Counted from the first letter of the stretch, positions 46,920-57,914 are shown. The stretch is DNA of 64,000 nucleotides from Patescibacteria group bacterium (GCA_041662745.1 JBAZRV010000005.1:6605-70604); one strand, 5' to 3'. Translations and numbers: made by a program. Notes: generated by a model not told the origin, from the sequence alone.

Positions 46920-48003
46920 AACTTATTCCTGCTGCTTGATTTAACTTATCCGCCGCCTCTGTTAAAGTCAGCGAATCCAGCAAAATACCGGTTGTTCGGG
47001 CAAAACCGATGGTTTTTTCCGCCTCATCCAATACCGCCAAAAAATCCTTAACAGTTTTCTTGGCTTCTTCTGCATCAGCTACTTTATATTTTTTTAAGTA
47101 ACCTTTTATATGATCATTAATGAACTCCCGGAATCTGTCACGCAGTTTTTTTCTGTTTTTCGGCAAATCCATTTGGCCGTCAAAACGAAAAGCAATGACT
47201 TCCGTCAAGATAGAATCAACGCCGCGCCGTTTGGATTTTAAAAAATCAATTTGATGGATGACTTCGTGTCTGCTGGAATTTGTTATGTCCTTTTTAGTCC
47301 TTTCCAAAAAGTAGCTTAAGCCCAAATAATGCAAGGGGTTATTTTCTCCCTGAAAGTACTCCTTATATATACTGGATCCTGTCATCAGCATACAAAAACT
47401 TTCTCCGGCTTCATCAAAACCCTCCTCCTTCCAATCAGGATTCATTCTAGACCAAGCTTCTTCGCTGAAAACAAAAGCGCCGGAGAGCATCGCCGGCACG
47501 CCCAGCTCTTCCGCCTTCCAATATTTATTCTCCTCCCCCGCCTCGGGTCTGGACTGCCGTAAAAAATACATTTCATCGAATTCATTGACTACGGCTGAGG
47601 AGTCCGTGCCGACAGACTCCAGGCAATGCATCAAATAATTTTTAGCAATTTGCAATTGCCTGATTTGCTCTAACTCTTTCGGCTTAATGTGACACTCTCG
47701 ACTGATTTCTTCCATCTCAGCCAAAGGATGCGATCGGAGATACTCGCTAATGCGATTAACAAAATTTTTCAGCCGCCGGCGATAAGCGGGATCGGCGCGG
47801 GGATGGTCGGGAGTATCAATCAGCGGTTCAATTTTTTCCAATAAAAACTTTTCCGCCGCCAAGGCGTTTTTCAGCGCCAACCAGTACTCCGGCCGGACAA
47901 TATCGGGGTAAGCTGATTTCAATTTTTCTATCTTAGCGGCAATCTCTTGATCAGATCGGCTTTCTTGATTATCCGGTATGATATTTGCTTCGCGTTTATT
48001 CAT
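46909..48003 (-). CDS. hypothetical soluble protein embedded in the dcw cluster between ftsW and murG
   Basis: 364-aa ORF overlapping murG by 11 bp and separated from ftsW by 3 bp. No TM helices and no recognisable motif. Confidence 0.5.
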   Translation of the reverse strand: MNKREANIIPDNQESRSDQEIAAKIEKLKSAYPDIVRPEYWLALKNALAAEKFLLEKIEPLIDTPDHPRADPAYRRRLKNFVNRISEYLRSHPLAEMEEISRECHIKPKELEQIRQLQIAKNYLMHCLESVGTDSSAVVNEFDEMYFLRQSRPEAGEENKYWKAEELGVPAMLSGAFVFSEEAWSRMNPDWKEEGFDEAGESFCMLMTGSSIYKEYFQGENNPLHYLGLSYFLERTKKDITNSSRHEVIHQIDFLKSKRRGVDSILTEVIAFRFDGQMDLPKNRKKLRDRFREFINDHIKGYLKKYKVADAEEAKKTVKDFLAVLDEAEKTIGFARTTGILLDSLTLTEAADKLNQAAGISYEI

Positions 48004-48006
48004 AAA

Positions 48007-49131
48007 TTAATTATTAACCTGTTTGGAAATATTAGCCAGAATGCCGGCCGCCGCCAGCGACATCATCAGCGCCGTACCGCCGTAAGAAATGAAAGGCAAA
48101 GGAATGCCGGTTAAAGGCATGACGCCGAGCATAGCGCCGATATTTACAAAAGCCTGGGTGATAAACCAAGTAATAATGCCGACAACCAATAAGCGACCGA
48201 AGGCATCCGGACATTTGGCGGCCAGCTTGAAACCGCGCACGGCGATAAAAATATAAACGGCGACAATGGCTACGGTCAAAATAAATCCTAACTCTTCAGC
48301 GACAACGGCAAAAATAGAATCGCCGGTAACTTCGGGCAGATAAGCAAACTTCTGCCGGCTATGGTTATAACCTCGGCCGAATAAACCGCCGGAACCGATT
48401 GCTAAAAGCGCTTGGTTGGCTTGATAGCCGATACCCTGAGGATCGAGCTCGGGATGCAGGAAAGTAGTAAAGCGAGCGGCGCGATAAGGAGAAACTTTTA
48501 CGATCGCCCAAAGGCCGGCTAAACCGGCGGCAGTCAGCCAACTCAGATGCAACCATCGGCCACCGGCCGTAAAATATACGGCCAAGGACATGACTACAAT
48601 AATAATCATCGTACCCGTATCCGGCTCTAAAACCAACAAGGCGGTAATAACGGCCAGAATAAAAACAAAAGGCAAAAAACCGGCGGATAAATCCTGCAAA
48701 TGATGATCCTCCTTGGAGGACAGCCAGGCAGCCAAGTAAATCAAAAAAGTCAATTTGACTATTTCCGACGGCTGAAGCGAATAGCCGAAAATATTAATCC
48801 AGCTGTGGCTGGTGCCCCAGGCCGCGCCGATGCCGGGAATAAATACCAGCACTAAAAGCAAAATGGAAATAAACAGCAGGGGTGCGGCGTATTTTTCCCA
48901 GCGATGATAATCAATTTTAGCCAGAATCAAAAACAGTATGCCACCGGGCAGAACGCCGAATAACAGCTGATGCTTCAAATGCCAATAAACATCCTGATAC
49001 TTCTGCCAGCCGATAGCCACGCCGGCGGAAGAAACCATCACCAAGCCGAAAATCACCAGCAACCAGATGGCGCCGATCAAATACCAATCAATGCCGGCTG
49101 ACTCTTTGTATTTTTTGGGCGATTGATTCAT
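48007..49131 (-). CDS. ftsW: SEDS-family peptidoglycan polymerase FtsW/RodA
   Basis: 10-TM profile and conserved SEDS C-terminal region (PEVTGDSIFAVVAEELGF, PLPFISYGGT). Confidence 0.9.
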   Translation of the reverse strand: MNQSPKKYKESAGIDWYLIGAIWLLVIFGLVMVSSAGVAIGWQKYQDVYWHLKHQLLFGVLPGGILFLILAKIDYHRWEKYAAPLLFISILLLVLVFIPGIGAAWGTSHSWINIFGYSLQPSEIVKLTFLIYLAAWLSSKEDHHLQDLSAGFLPFVFILAVITALLVLEPDTGTMIIIVVMSLAVYFTAGGRWLHLSWLTAAGLAGLWAIVKVSPYRAARFTTFLHPELDPQGIGYQANQALLAIGSGGLFGRGYNHSRQKFAYLPEVTGDSIFAVVAEELGFILTVAIVAVYIFIAVRGFKLAAKCPDAFGRLLVVGIITWFITQAFVNIGAMLGVMPLTGIPLPFISYGGTALMMSLAAAGILANISKQVNN

Positions 49132-49134
49132 GGC

Positions 49135-50517
49135 TTATTTTATTTTTTTAACCAATTGGCGAAACTGCTTGCCACGATCAAATTCATTGACGAACAGGCC
49201 AAAGGAAGCGCAGGCCGGAGACAATAAAACCATATCGCCTGTCTTAGCGAATGATTTGGCCACGCCAACGGCATCAGGCAAAGACCCGACAACGGTTAAA
49301 TCCTCAATTAATTTTTTTAATCTGTCCGTTCCCGTGCCCGGCAATAACACTACTGCTCGGCAATGCTTTTTTATTTCCTTCGCCAGCTCCTTAAAATCCA
49401 ATCCCTTATCCGAACCGCCGGCGATCAATACTATATTCTTTTTACCGCTCAGCGCTTTTAGCGCGGCAATCGTCGCTTCCGGCGTGGTGGAAGTGGTATC
49501 GTTATAGTATTTTACTCCCCTGACCTCCTTTAATAATTCCAAACGATCGGGTATGCCATAAAAATGGCTTAGCACGAGCTTAACTTTTTGAGGATTAAGG
49601 CCGATAATTCCCGCCACGGCAATCGCCGCCAGAACATTAGACAGATTGTGTTCGCCTAAAAGCTTAACCTCCTTGATTGAACACATTATTTGTTCAACGC
49701 CGTTTTGGCGAAAAACAATCTTGCCGTTTTTGACAAAAGCGCCATTCTCTTCGCTAAAAAGCTTGAGAGAAAACCAATACCTCTGAGCCTTGACTTCCCG
49801 GCCGGCAAGCAGGGTTTTTTTATTGTCACGATTCAGGACCGCATAGTCTTGCGGCATTTGGAATTTAAAAATATTTTTCTTGGCTTCAATATAATCGGCC
49901 ATGGTTTTGTAAGTGTTCAAATGATCGGGGTAAATATTGGTAAGGACGGCGATATGCGGCGACTCCTTGATATCAGCCAAACTTTCCGTCATCCAAGACG
50001 ATAATTCTAAAATTACTCGGCCGCCCCGATTCACTAACGGCATCTGCGCCAAAGGAGATTTAGTGATATTGCCGGCCAGAACCGCTGACCTATCCAAAGT
50101 CTTTAGCAATTCGTAAATCAGGGTAGCGGTGGTGCTTTTGCCGCGCGTGCCGGTAACGCCCACCAAACGCTGGCGATCAATCAACTGAAAAAATAAAGAG
50201 ACATCGGTATAAATCGGGATCTTATTGGCGCGAGCGATTTTCAAAAAACGCGAAGACTGAGGCACGCCGGGGTTTCTTAGGATCAAGTCCTGACGCTTGA
50301 AATCCTGCTCGCGGTGCCGGCCCAAAACCCATTCTATTTTCTCAGCTGATTGTCCCAAACGTTTTATTTGATCATTGAGTTGTTTTCTGGTTTTTAAATC
50401 CGTTACCGTGACCTTGGCGCCATGGGATAACAAAAACTTGGTAGCGGCTATTCCGCTGCCATCCTCATATAATCCCAAACCCATCACTAGGGCTTTTTTG
50501 TTTTTTAAATTAAGCAT
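49135..50517 (-). CDS. murD: UDP-N-acetylmuramoylalanine--D-glutamate ligase MurD
   Basis: Mur ligase P-loop (GVTGTRGKSTT) and N-terminal MurD Rossmann domain. Confidence 0.9.
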   Translation of the reverse strand: MLNLKNKKALVMGLGLYEDGSGIAATKFLLSHGAKVTVTDLKTRKQLNDQIKRLGQSAEKIEWVLGRHREQDFKRQDLILRNPGVPQSSRFLKIARANKIPIYTDVSLFFQLIDRQRLVGVTGTRGKSTTATLIYELLKTLDRSAVLAGNITKSPLAQMPLVNRGGRVILELSSWMTESLADIKESPHIAVLTNIYPDHLNTYKTMADYIEAKKNIFKFQMPQDYAVLNRDNKKTLLAGREVKAQRYWFSLKLFSEENGAFVKNGKIVFRQNGVEQIMCSIKEVKLLGEHNLSNVLAAIAVAGIIGLNPQKVKLVLSHFYGIPDRLELLKEVRGVKYYNDTTSTTPEATIAALKALSGKKNIVLIAGGSDKGLDFKELAKEIKKHCRAVVLLPGTGTDRLKKLIEDLTVVGSLPDAVGVAKSFAKTGDMVLLSPACASFGLFVNEFDRGKQFRQLVKKIK

Positions 50518-50545
50518 CGCTGTTTTTTATAAACAATGATTTCGT

Positions 50546-51598
50546 TTAATGCCAGGCGCCTTTATCCAATAAAAATAAAACCAATCCAATGATGGCAAAA
50601 ACGCCGGAGATCACCCAAAACCTCATCACCACCTTAGCTTCCGGCCAGCCCTTGGCTTCAAAATGATGATGGATGGGCGCGGATAAAAAAACTTTCTTGC
50701 CTCGTAATTTTTTAGATAAAACTTGGATGATAACCGATAGAGCTTCAATCACGAACAAACAACCGATGATCGGTAATAATAAAACGGATTTGGTCAAAAT
50801 GGAAATAACCGCCAAAGTAACGCCTAACGACATGGCGCCGGTATCGCCCATAAAAAACCTTGCCGGCGTAATATTGAACCACAAAAAAGCGGTCAAAGCG
50901 CCGACGATCACGCCGCAAAAGGCCGCCAAATCGTATTTGCCCTGGGCAAAAGCAATAACGCCGAAAGCCGTATAAGCAATCAATAGCGTACCGCCGGCCA
51001 AACCGTCCAAACCGTCAATCTCATTAACCGAGAAGGCCGTACCGACAATTACAAAAATGACCAAGGGTATGAACCACCAGCCCAAATTGAAATTACCCAT
51101 GAAGGGTACGCGGATTAAATCCCAATCAAGACGGAAATAAAACCAGAAAGCGGCCGCCATGGCAATTAGGGTATAAACCGCTAAACGATGCTTAACTGAC
51201 AATCCGCCGCCGTAAGGGCCGATTTTTCTGACATTCAGATAATCATCAAGCAATCCCACCAAGGCGGCCGACACCAAACATCCCAAAGGCAAAAGAGTTT
51301 GCGGCCGGGTTAAAAAATTCAAAAATGAAAAAAAACTGTCAAACCATAATGACAGATAAAAGATTATCAGGGATAAGACCAAAACCGTCATCCAAACCAA
51401 GATCCCGCCCATGGTCGGCGTACCGGATTTCTTCTGGTGCAAAGCGGAAAAAATCGGCGCTTCGGAACTGCTTCTGATTTGCTTGCCTAATTTATATTTG
51501 TATAAAAAATGCGTCAGTAGCGGCGTCCAGGCCATAGCCAAAGCAAAGGAAATAAAGGTGAGGGAGAAAATCTTAACGACGATAAAATCAAAACTCAT
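50546..51598 (-). CDS. mraY: phospho-N-acetylmuramoyl-pentapeptide transferase MraY
   Basis: Conserved motifs (GLLDDY, NEIDGLDGLA, PIHHHFE) with a 10-TM profile. Confidence 0.9.
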   Translation of the reverse strand: MSFDFIVVKIFSLTFISFALAMAWTPLLTHFLYKYKLGKQIRSSSEAPIFSALHQKKSGTPTMGGILVWMTVLVLSLIIFYLSLWFDSFFSFLNFLTRPQTLLPLGCLVSAALVGLLDDYLNVRKIGPYGGGLSVKHRLAVYTLIAMAAAFWFYFRLDWDLIRVPFMGNFNLGWWFIPLVIFVIVGTAFSVNEIDGLDGLAGGTLLIAYTAFGVIAFAQGKYDLAAFCGVIVGALTAFLWFNITPARFFMGDTGAMSLGVTLAVISILTKSVLLLPIIGCLFVIEALSVIIQVLSKKLRGKKVFLSAPIHHHFEAKGWPEAKVVMRFWVISGVFAIIGLVLFLLDKGAWH

Positions 51599-51699
51599 AA
51601 TTTATAAAGCTTATTTTTATTTTTACTGTCTTGAGATTTTTAAAAAATCTAAAAACTTATAATCAATTTACGCCAATCGACGCGTTTCGAAATGATCAT

Positions 51700-52080
51700 C
51701 TATAAATTCATATAGACCAATAATCCGATCTGCGCAGCGATAATCAAAGCCGAGGCCAAGGCGGCAAAGGATAGAAAATAACTTAGATTCCTATCGCGCA
51801 AGTAAACCTTGAATGCCAACAGAAAATTCACCAGGCAAATCAGCCAGCCCGCTAACGGCAAAAGCAATAAATATTGCCAAGGACCGAAGGAAGAAATACC
51901 AAAATAAATATTGTATTGCAAAACCACAAACTCTTGAAAATGCCAAAAATACAAAAGCACGGCCGCCAAAGCCAGCAAATCAAAAAGCGCAGCCGCTGAG
52001 AATACGCCGGAAATCAGACGATCCCTTTTGGCCGGGCTTTCTTCAATCAATTGCCGTAATTTCAAAAAAATGATATTCAT
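51700..52080 (-). CDS. hypothetical membrane protein
   Basis: Four TM helices; no known domain. Confidence 0.35.
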   Translation of the reverse strand: MNIIFLKLRQLIEESPAKRDRLISGVFSAAALFDLLALAAVLLYFWHFQEFVVLQYNIYFGISSFGPWQYLLLLPLAGWLICLVNFLLAFKVYLRDRNLSYFLSFAALASALIIAAQIGLLVYMNL

Positions 52081-52291
52081 TAAAAAATATCAAGGTATGT
52101 AAATTATCCCCAATAAGTGCTAACTTAATTATAGCGGTTATGGCGCTTAAAGTCCATGTTGCCAAAACATAAACAATCTGTCATTGTCAATCTGCAAAAA
52201 TCGTTTGCTATTGACAAATTATTGACTAAGTGATATAATTAGATATTAACCAAAAGTAATTACCAAAAATTATCCAATTTTAGCAAAAATT

Positions 52292-53113
52292 ATGTCTAAT
52301 TACAAGCTTTTACAGCTGAAAAACATTTTAACCGTCGGTTTGCTGGCTGTTTTAGCCGGCCTAATCGCCTTTTCGGTCAGCATTTGGACTACACCCAGAT
52401 ATAAATCAACTTTTAAATTGCTGACTGTTTTTAATCAAGCCAATATTGATACCTACACTGCCAGCAAGACTGCCAATTATATCACCGGCATTATGGGCGA
52501 AGTCATCTATTCCGATTCTTTTATTGGCACTGTTTATGTTTCTTCGGGCATCAAGGATGATCTGGGTTATGGCAGTGAAAACCGTTCACATCAATGGCAA
52601 AAGACCGTCAAGACCAAAGTCTTGGATAATAAGGGCATGATGATTATTGATGTCTACGGCAACGATAAAATAAAAACCAATGCCTTGGCCAATGCTATTG
52701 CTGCGGTAATTATCAACAACCATAGCAACTACGACGGTTCCGCTGACCGCGCCATCATTAAGATGATTGACCAGCCGGCTATTTTTGAAAGCTGGTCTTT
52801 AACTAAAATCATTGAAGATTCCATTTTGGGAATTATTGTCGGCTTACTTTTGGGTTTTACTTTCATTGTTATTTTCCCCAATCACCGTTTATTTGAAGCT
52901 GCCCCAAAGAAAAAGTATTCCTACTCTCCGGCCACCGAACCGGTTAATGCGGCGCAACCGTTAGTCACGCCGAAAGAAAGACCCTTGCCGCCGACAATAG
53001 AACCGGCCAAAGAACAAGGGAACGATTTGCCGCAACGAGCCGAAAATTCTTTTACTCCTCCCGCCACCAATAACGAATGGCTGAAGGATTACTACCATAA
53101 CAATCAATTATAA
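52292..53113 (+). CDS. Wzz-like polysaccharide chain-length determinant (two TM helices flanking a periplasmic domain)
   Basis: N-terminal TM (ILTVGLLAVLAGLIAFSV) and C-terminal TM (ILGIIVGLLLGFTFIVIF), a Wzz/PCP-like topology. Lies beside an O-antigen ligase-like gene. Confidence 0.45.
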   Translation: MSNYKLLQLKNILTVGLLAVLAGLIAFSVSIWTTPRYKSTFKLLTVFNQANIDTYTASKTANYITGIMGEVIYSDSFIGTVYVSSGIKDDLGYGSENRSHQWQKTVKTKVLDNKGMMIIDVYGNDKIKTNALANAIAAVIINNHSNYDGSADRAIIKMIDQPAIFESWSLTKIIEDSILGIIVGLLLGFTFIVIFPNHRLFEAAPKKKYSYSPATEPVNAAQPLVTPKERPLPPTIEPAKEQGNDLPQRAENSFTPPATNNEWLKDYYHNNQL

Positions 53114-53157
53114 CATTAAGGCCGTTTACTTTTGGTAAGCGGCCTTTTGCCAGTATC

Positions 53158-54654
53158 ATGATTAAAGATAAAATCAAAAACCAAATTGGCAAATACTCGC
53201 AAACCAGAAAATCAGCGATTAATCTTCTGGCGTATATTTATTTGGGCGCGCTGATTGTCGCCATTATCGTCTACGGCCCTGCGCCCTTGTTTTATCTGCT
53301 GTTCGCCGTTGTCGCAACGCTTTTTATCCTGCCCAACCATTACTTTCTAGGCTTCTGCTTGCTTATTACTTTGACCATGTTGTTTGAGCGCTTCTTTACC
53401 CTGACCGGACTGGTTATTGATCGCGATGTCTATAAATTTTACTTGTTAGACATTGTCATAGTATTATCTTTCGCCGCCCTGGCCGTCCGGCATTTTATCC
53501 TGCAAAAAAAGCGCCAATTGATCTGGGGCTGGCCGGAGACTATTCTCGCCTGCTTTATGCTATTAGTCGCGATCTATCTCTTCCGCTCATTGTTTGATAT
53601 TAACGCAAAATTTGAAGTGGCTTTCAGTTCGTTTAAGAATTATTTTTTCTATCCCTTATTATATTTTTTCACTGTCTTAGTGGTACAGTCGCCCAAAAGA
53701 TTAAAACAAGTCAGCCAACTGATAATGCTTAACGGCGTTTTCCTGATCGCTTTCTTATTGATCGGTTTTGTCCGTGGTGCTGGCCTATGGACCGAATTCA
53801 CTCCTCTGTCTACGGCCGGCGTACGCTACTTAGCCGGCACTCACGCCTTCTATCTGTTAATCGCTATAATGATCGGCGTACCGCTTTTAGCCTTTAACCG
53901 CTTGCGCAACCAGGGATTGGGGCTTTTGGTTTTCGCCTTATGGTCTCTGGGCGTGACAGTTTCCTTGATGCGCCATTTATGGCTGGCTGCAGTTATCGGC
54001 ATCGCCGCCTTATTCATCTTAATGCCTTACCAAAACAAAAAATTCATTTCCCGCCAAGCGGTCAAAGCCGGATTATTAGTGGTGTCGCTGGCTTTAGTCG
54101 CCATATTGGCGGCCAATCTCGCTTACTTTAATCCGGCCACAGAAACCGCCGCCGACAACGTTCGCCATGTCAGCGAAAGGCTGCTGTCGTTGGGAAACCT
54201 AAGTGAGGACACTTCTGCTTCTTGGCGTTTGGATCTCTGGAACGACGCCCGACAAGTCTGGCAAGCCAATCCGGTTGGGGGTATTGGTTTCGGCCACACG
54301 ATCTTAATCGACATCGGCGACTATCAAAATTTTGAAGAAATCAGAAATATCCATAATTCGCCCCTGGCCATTATGGTGCAAATGGGCCTAGCGGGTCTGA
54401 TTGTTTTTGTCCTGTTTATTGTGGCGGTTTTCAGTTCTGCTTGGCGTCCGGTTTACGCCAATTTCGATCTGATTCCCTACTATTTGGGCATTGCCGTCGC
54501 CGCTTTGATTTTTCTTTTCGCCAGCTGTTTTCAACCATACCTGGAAACCAACTTGATGGGTATTTGGTTTTGGATATTATTAGGTTTATTGCGTTCCGCG
54601 GCAATCATCAATAAGCCATTCAAGCACTCCGAACAAACAGTAACCGCCAAATAA
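53158..54654 (+). CDS. O-antigen ligase / Wzy-like polymerase family membrane protein
   Basis: ~12 TM helices. Wzy_C-like region (HNSPLAIMVQMGLAGLIVFVLFIV) near the C-terminus. Confidence 0.6.
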   Translation: MIKDKIKNQIGKYSQTRKSAINLLAYIYLGALIVAIIVYGPAPLFYLLFAVVATLFILPNHYFLGFCLLITLTMLFERFFTLTGLVIDRDVYKFYLLDIVIVLSFAALAVRHFILQKKRQLIWGWPETILACFMLLVAIYLFRSLFDINAKFEVAFSSFKNYFFYPLLYFFTVLVVQSPKRLKQVSQLIMLNGVFLIAFLLIGFVRGAGLWTEFTPLSTAGVRYLAGTHAFYLLIAIMIGVPLLAFNRLRNQGLGLLVFALWSLGVTVSLMRHLWLAAVIGIAALFILMPYQNKKFISRQAVKAGLLVVSLALVAILAANLAYFNPATETAADNVRHVSERLLSLGNLSEDTSASWRLDLWNDARQVWQANPVGGIGFGHTILIDIGDYQNFEEIRNIHNSPLAIMVQMGLAGLIVFVLFIVAVFSSAWRPVYANFDLIPYYLGIAVAALIFLFASCFQPYLETNLMGIWFWILLGLLRSAAIINKPFKHSEQTVTAK

Positions 54655-57600
54655 TGACTATGAAAATCCTGCAAGTCAATAAATTCTTATATCCCAAAGG
54701 CGGAGCGGAGACCTATCTTTTCGCCCTGTCCAACTTACTGATGGCTAATGGCCATGAGGTGATTTATTTTTCCCAAAAAAATCCTAAGAATATTAAAAAC
54801 GATCAAGAAAAATATTTTGTCACTGATCTGGATCTGGGCCGATTCAATTTTAAGGCCCTGATGCTGATTTTCAGGATTTTCTGGTCTCCGCTGTCCCGCT
54901 ACAAAATAAAAAAACTGATCAAAAAAGAACGGCCGGAATTAGCTCATATCCATAATATCTACCATCAATTATCGCCGGCTGTTTTAACCGGCCTTAAAGA
55001 ATACGGCCTGCCGACGGTGATGACCGTGCATGATTTCAAGCTGGTAACCCCGGGCTATACCTTGCGAGCCGACGGCATCAAAAAACGCCATAAAGATTCG
55101 TTTATTATTGACTGGCTGTTAAAACTGGAATTCGCTTTTCACCGCCTGATCAAAGTTTATGACCGGTGCATTGATATCTTTATCGCTCCCTCGCAGTTCG
55201 TCAAAAATGAACTGGTCAAGGCCGGCTATAAAACGGAAAAAATAGTCGTTATCCCCCACTTCATCAAAATGAACACTTTTAGTGTTCAGAGAAACACTGG
55301 CAAATATTTTTTTACTTTCGGCCGGCTGGATGAAAGCAAGGGCCTGGATGATATCATTCGCGCTTTTGCCGCCCTGCCGGAAAACGGTTTAAAACTGAAA
55401 ATCGCCGGCACCGGTCCGGAAGAAGAAAACTTGCGCCGATTGATTAAAGAATTCAAGGCGGAAAACCGCATTGAACTGCTGGGATTCAAGCAGGGGCAGG
55501 AATTATTGGATTTAATCGGCAACTCCTTAGCCGTGGTTTTTGCTTCCCGCGTCCATGAAACTTTCGGCCTGACCGTATTGGAGTCACTGGCGCTGGGCAA
55601 AGCCGTCATCGCTGCCAAAGTCGGAGCGATTCCTGAATTGATAAAAGACGGCCAAACCGGCTTACTGTTTGCCGTGGCTGATATCGGCGAGCTTAAAGAA
55701 AAAATGTCGCTAGTTCTAAATGACGACCAGTTGCGCCAAAAACTGGAGCGGGCGGGCCAAGCCCAAGCCAAGGAGTATTCGCCGGAAAGACACTACGAAC
55801 AATTGGCTGAGATTTATGACCGCTTAACCGCGCCGGGCAGCGCCGCCAAACGTAAAATCAAAAAAATCGCCCTCTCGATAATTCTGGCTATTTGCGCCCT
55901 GCTGATTATCTGGCCGATTTACTACATCGATGTCAATCGCAGTCGGGCTTTTATTGCGCCTCAACATGATTATCCCCGTCTGGCTAACCTATACTGGAAG
56001 AATCCGATTACTCTGGATGACGCCAAACAATTGGCCAAGTGGGACATAATCGTTTTGGACATGCAAACGCAAACCAACAGCGCCTCGGCGATCAAAGAAA
56101 TCAAACGACTCAATCCTAAAGCGGTCATACTGGCTTACACCACAGCCAATGAAATGCCGGTGGAACGATTAAACCAGGTAGAGCCGTCAGGCTCGGGCCT
56201 ATGGCACGAACTGACTCAAGGCGATAAATCAGCCTGGCGACTTAAAACCATATCCGGCGATAGCCTTGTTTTTTGGCCGGGCAATGTCATGATGAACTTA
56301 GGCGCTAAAGATGAGACCGGCAAAACTTACGCCGATTTCCTGGCTGATTTCTATCAGAATAAAGTCCTGTCCACCGGCCTCTGGGATGGCCTTTTCTTTG
56401 ATAACGTCTGGCAAAATGTGACTTGGTTCAATAAAAACGTTGATATTGATAATAACGGCCGGCAACGGCCGGCGGCGGAAATAGATTGGCAATGGCAAAA
56501 CTACTATCGGGACTTTTTCCAAAAATTACGCGACCGCTTCGGTTCGCAATATTTAATCATCGGCAACGGCGACGGCGCTTACCACCAAGCAATCAACGGC
56601 CGAATGTTTGAGTCATTTCCCGATTACTGGCAGGGTGGCTGGTCCGGCTCGCTTAAGAGCTATAACGAAACTAACGATAACGGCTACGCTCCTCGCCTGA
56701 ACATTATTGAATCCAATACGGCTAACACCGGCAACCGCTACGATTACCAATCCCTGCGTTACGGCTTGACCTCAACTTTAATGTTTGACGGCTACTACGC
56801 CTTCGGCTACGGCACCAATCTGCGCGAACAACTGTGGTGGTACGATGAATATGATGCCCAAATCGGCCAGCCCGTTTCCGATTCCTACAATCTGTTGGAT
56901 CGCGATTCCAAACAATGGAAAACCGGCGTCTGGCAGAGAGATTTTGAATTCGGCACGGTAGTCGTTAATTCTACGGACCGACCGCAAACAATCTCATTTG
57001 AAGGCGAATATGAAAAACTGCGAGGCACTCAAGACAAGCAGATTAATGACGGCGCCATCATTAACCGTCTGACCTTGGCCGCCAATGACGGCATAATTAT
57101 GATGCGACCGCTTAACACTATCGCCGATGCCGCGTATATCAACGGCTCGTTCGCCAGAATCTTTGACGGGCAAGGGAAAATAAAACGTAACGGCTTCTTC
57201 TCTTATGACAGTAATTTCAAGGGCAGCAATAAAATCCTTAAACTGGATATAAATAATGACGGTGAAAGGGAAACCGTGGTTGCCGGACTGAATTCCATTA
57301 CTTTATATGACAAGCACGGATTGGGAGTCAAGACTGTTTATCCCTACGGCGATCGCTTTGTCGGCGGACTAAGCCTGGCGCCGATTAAAATGGAAGATAA
57401 TAAATTTTGGCTGGCGGTCAGCCCGGAAAAAGGGGGCTCTAACTTGATTAAAATCTATGATTGGAATTTAGGCGATGCGGGCAAATCGTTCAACGCCTAC
57501 GGCAGCCGGTGGCCCGCTTTAGGCGCCAATGTGGCGTCCGGCGATATTGACGGCGATGGCCGCAGCGAACTAATTGTCGGCGCCGGATTCGGCGGCGGAC

Positions 57601-57914
57601 CGCACGTCAAAATATTTGATCTAAACGGCAACCTGAAAAGTGAATTCTTCGCCTATGCCAATAATTTCAGGGGCGGCGTCAATGTGGCCGCCGGAGACAC
57701 TAATGGCGACGGCCAAGATGAAATCATTACCGGCGCCGGGCAAACCGGCGGACCGCACATCAGAGTCTGGAATAATAATAAACTCATTGGCCAATGGTTC
57801 GGTTTTGACTCAAATAAACGCACCGGCGTCAAAGTAACCGCCACCGATGTTGACGGCGACGGCCGGGATGAGGTCATCGCCCTAACCACTAACGTATTCA
57901 TGACTAATAAATAA
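54654..57914 (+). CDS. multidomain protein: N-terminal GT4 glycosyltransferase, a TM helix, a TIM-barrel glycoside-hydrolase-like domain and C-terminal FG-GAP/VCBS repeats
   Basis: GT4 motifs (FGRLDESKGLDD, ETFGLTVLESLALGKAVIA). TM at ~aa 405-425. The middle region (KWDIIVLDMQTQ..., GLWDGLFFDNV) resembles polysaccharide-hydrolase GH-like TIM-barrel domains. Repeats DIDGDGRSELIVGAGFGGGPHVKIF, GDTNGDGQDEIITGAGQTGGPHIRVW, DVDGDGRDEVIAL. Confidence 0.7.
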   Translation: MTMKILQVNKFLYPKGGAETYLFALSNLLMANGHEVIYFSQKNPKNIKNDQEKYFVTDLDLGRFNFKALMLIFRIFWSPLSRYKIKKLIKKERPELAHIHNIYHQLSPAVLTGLKEYGLPTVMTVHDFKLVTPGYTLRADGIKKRHKDSFIIDWLLKLEFAFHRLIKVYDRCIDIFIAPSQFVKNELVKAGYKTEKIVVIPHFIKMNTFSVQRNTGKYFFTFGRLDESKGLDDIIRAFAALPENGLKLKIAGTGPEEENLRRLIKEFKAENRIELLGFKQGQELLDLIGNSLAVVFASRVHETFGLTVLESLALGKAVIAAKVGAIPELIKDGQTGLLFAVADIGELKEKMSLVLNDDQLRQKLERAGQAQAKEYSPERHYEQLAEIYDRLTAPGSAAKRKIKKIALSIILAICALLIIWPIYYIDVNRSRAFIAPQHDYPRLANLYWKNPITLDDAKQLAKWDIIVLDMQTQTNSASAIKEIKRLNPKAVILAYTTANEMPVERLNQVEPSGSGLWHELTQGDKSAWRLKTISGDSLVFWPGNVMMNLGAKDETGKTYADFLADFYQNKVLSTGLWDGLFFDNVWQNVTWFNKNVDIDNNGRQRPAAEIDWQWQNYYRDFFQKLRDRFGSQYLIIGNGDGAYHQAINGRMFESFPDYWQGGWSGSLKSYNETNDNGYAPRLNIIESNTANTGNRYDYQSLRYGLTSTLMFDGYYAFGYGTNLREQLWWYDEYDAQIGQPVSDSYNLLDRDSKQWKTGVWQRDFEFGTVVVNSTDRPQTISFEGEYEKLRGTQDKQINDGAIINRLTLAANDGIIMMRPLNTIADAAYINGSFARIFDGQGKIKRNGFFSYDSNFKGSNKILKLDINNDGERETVVAGLNSITLYDKHGLGVKTVYPYGDRFVGGLSLAPIKMEDNKFWLAVSPEKGGSNLIKIYDWNLGDAGKSFNAYGSRWPALGANVASGDIDGDGRSELIVGAGFGGGPHVKIFDLNGNLKSEFFAYANNFRGGVNVAAGDTNGDGQDEIITGAGQTGGPHIRVWNNNKLIGQWFGFDSNKRTGVKVTATDVDGDGRDEVIALTTNVFMTNK

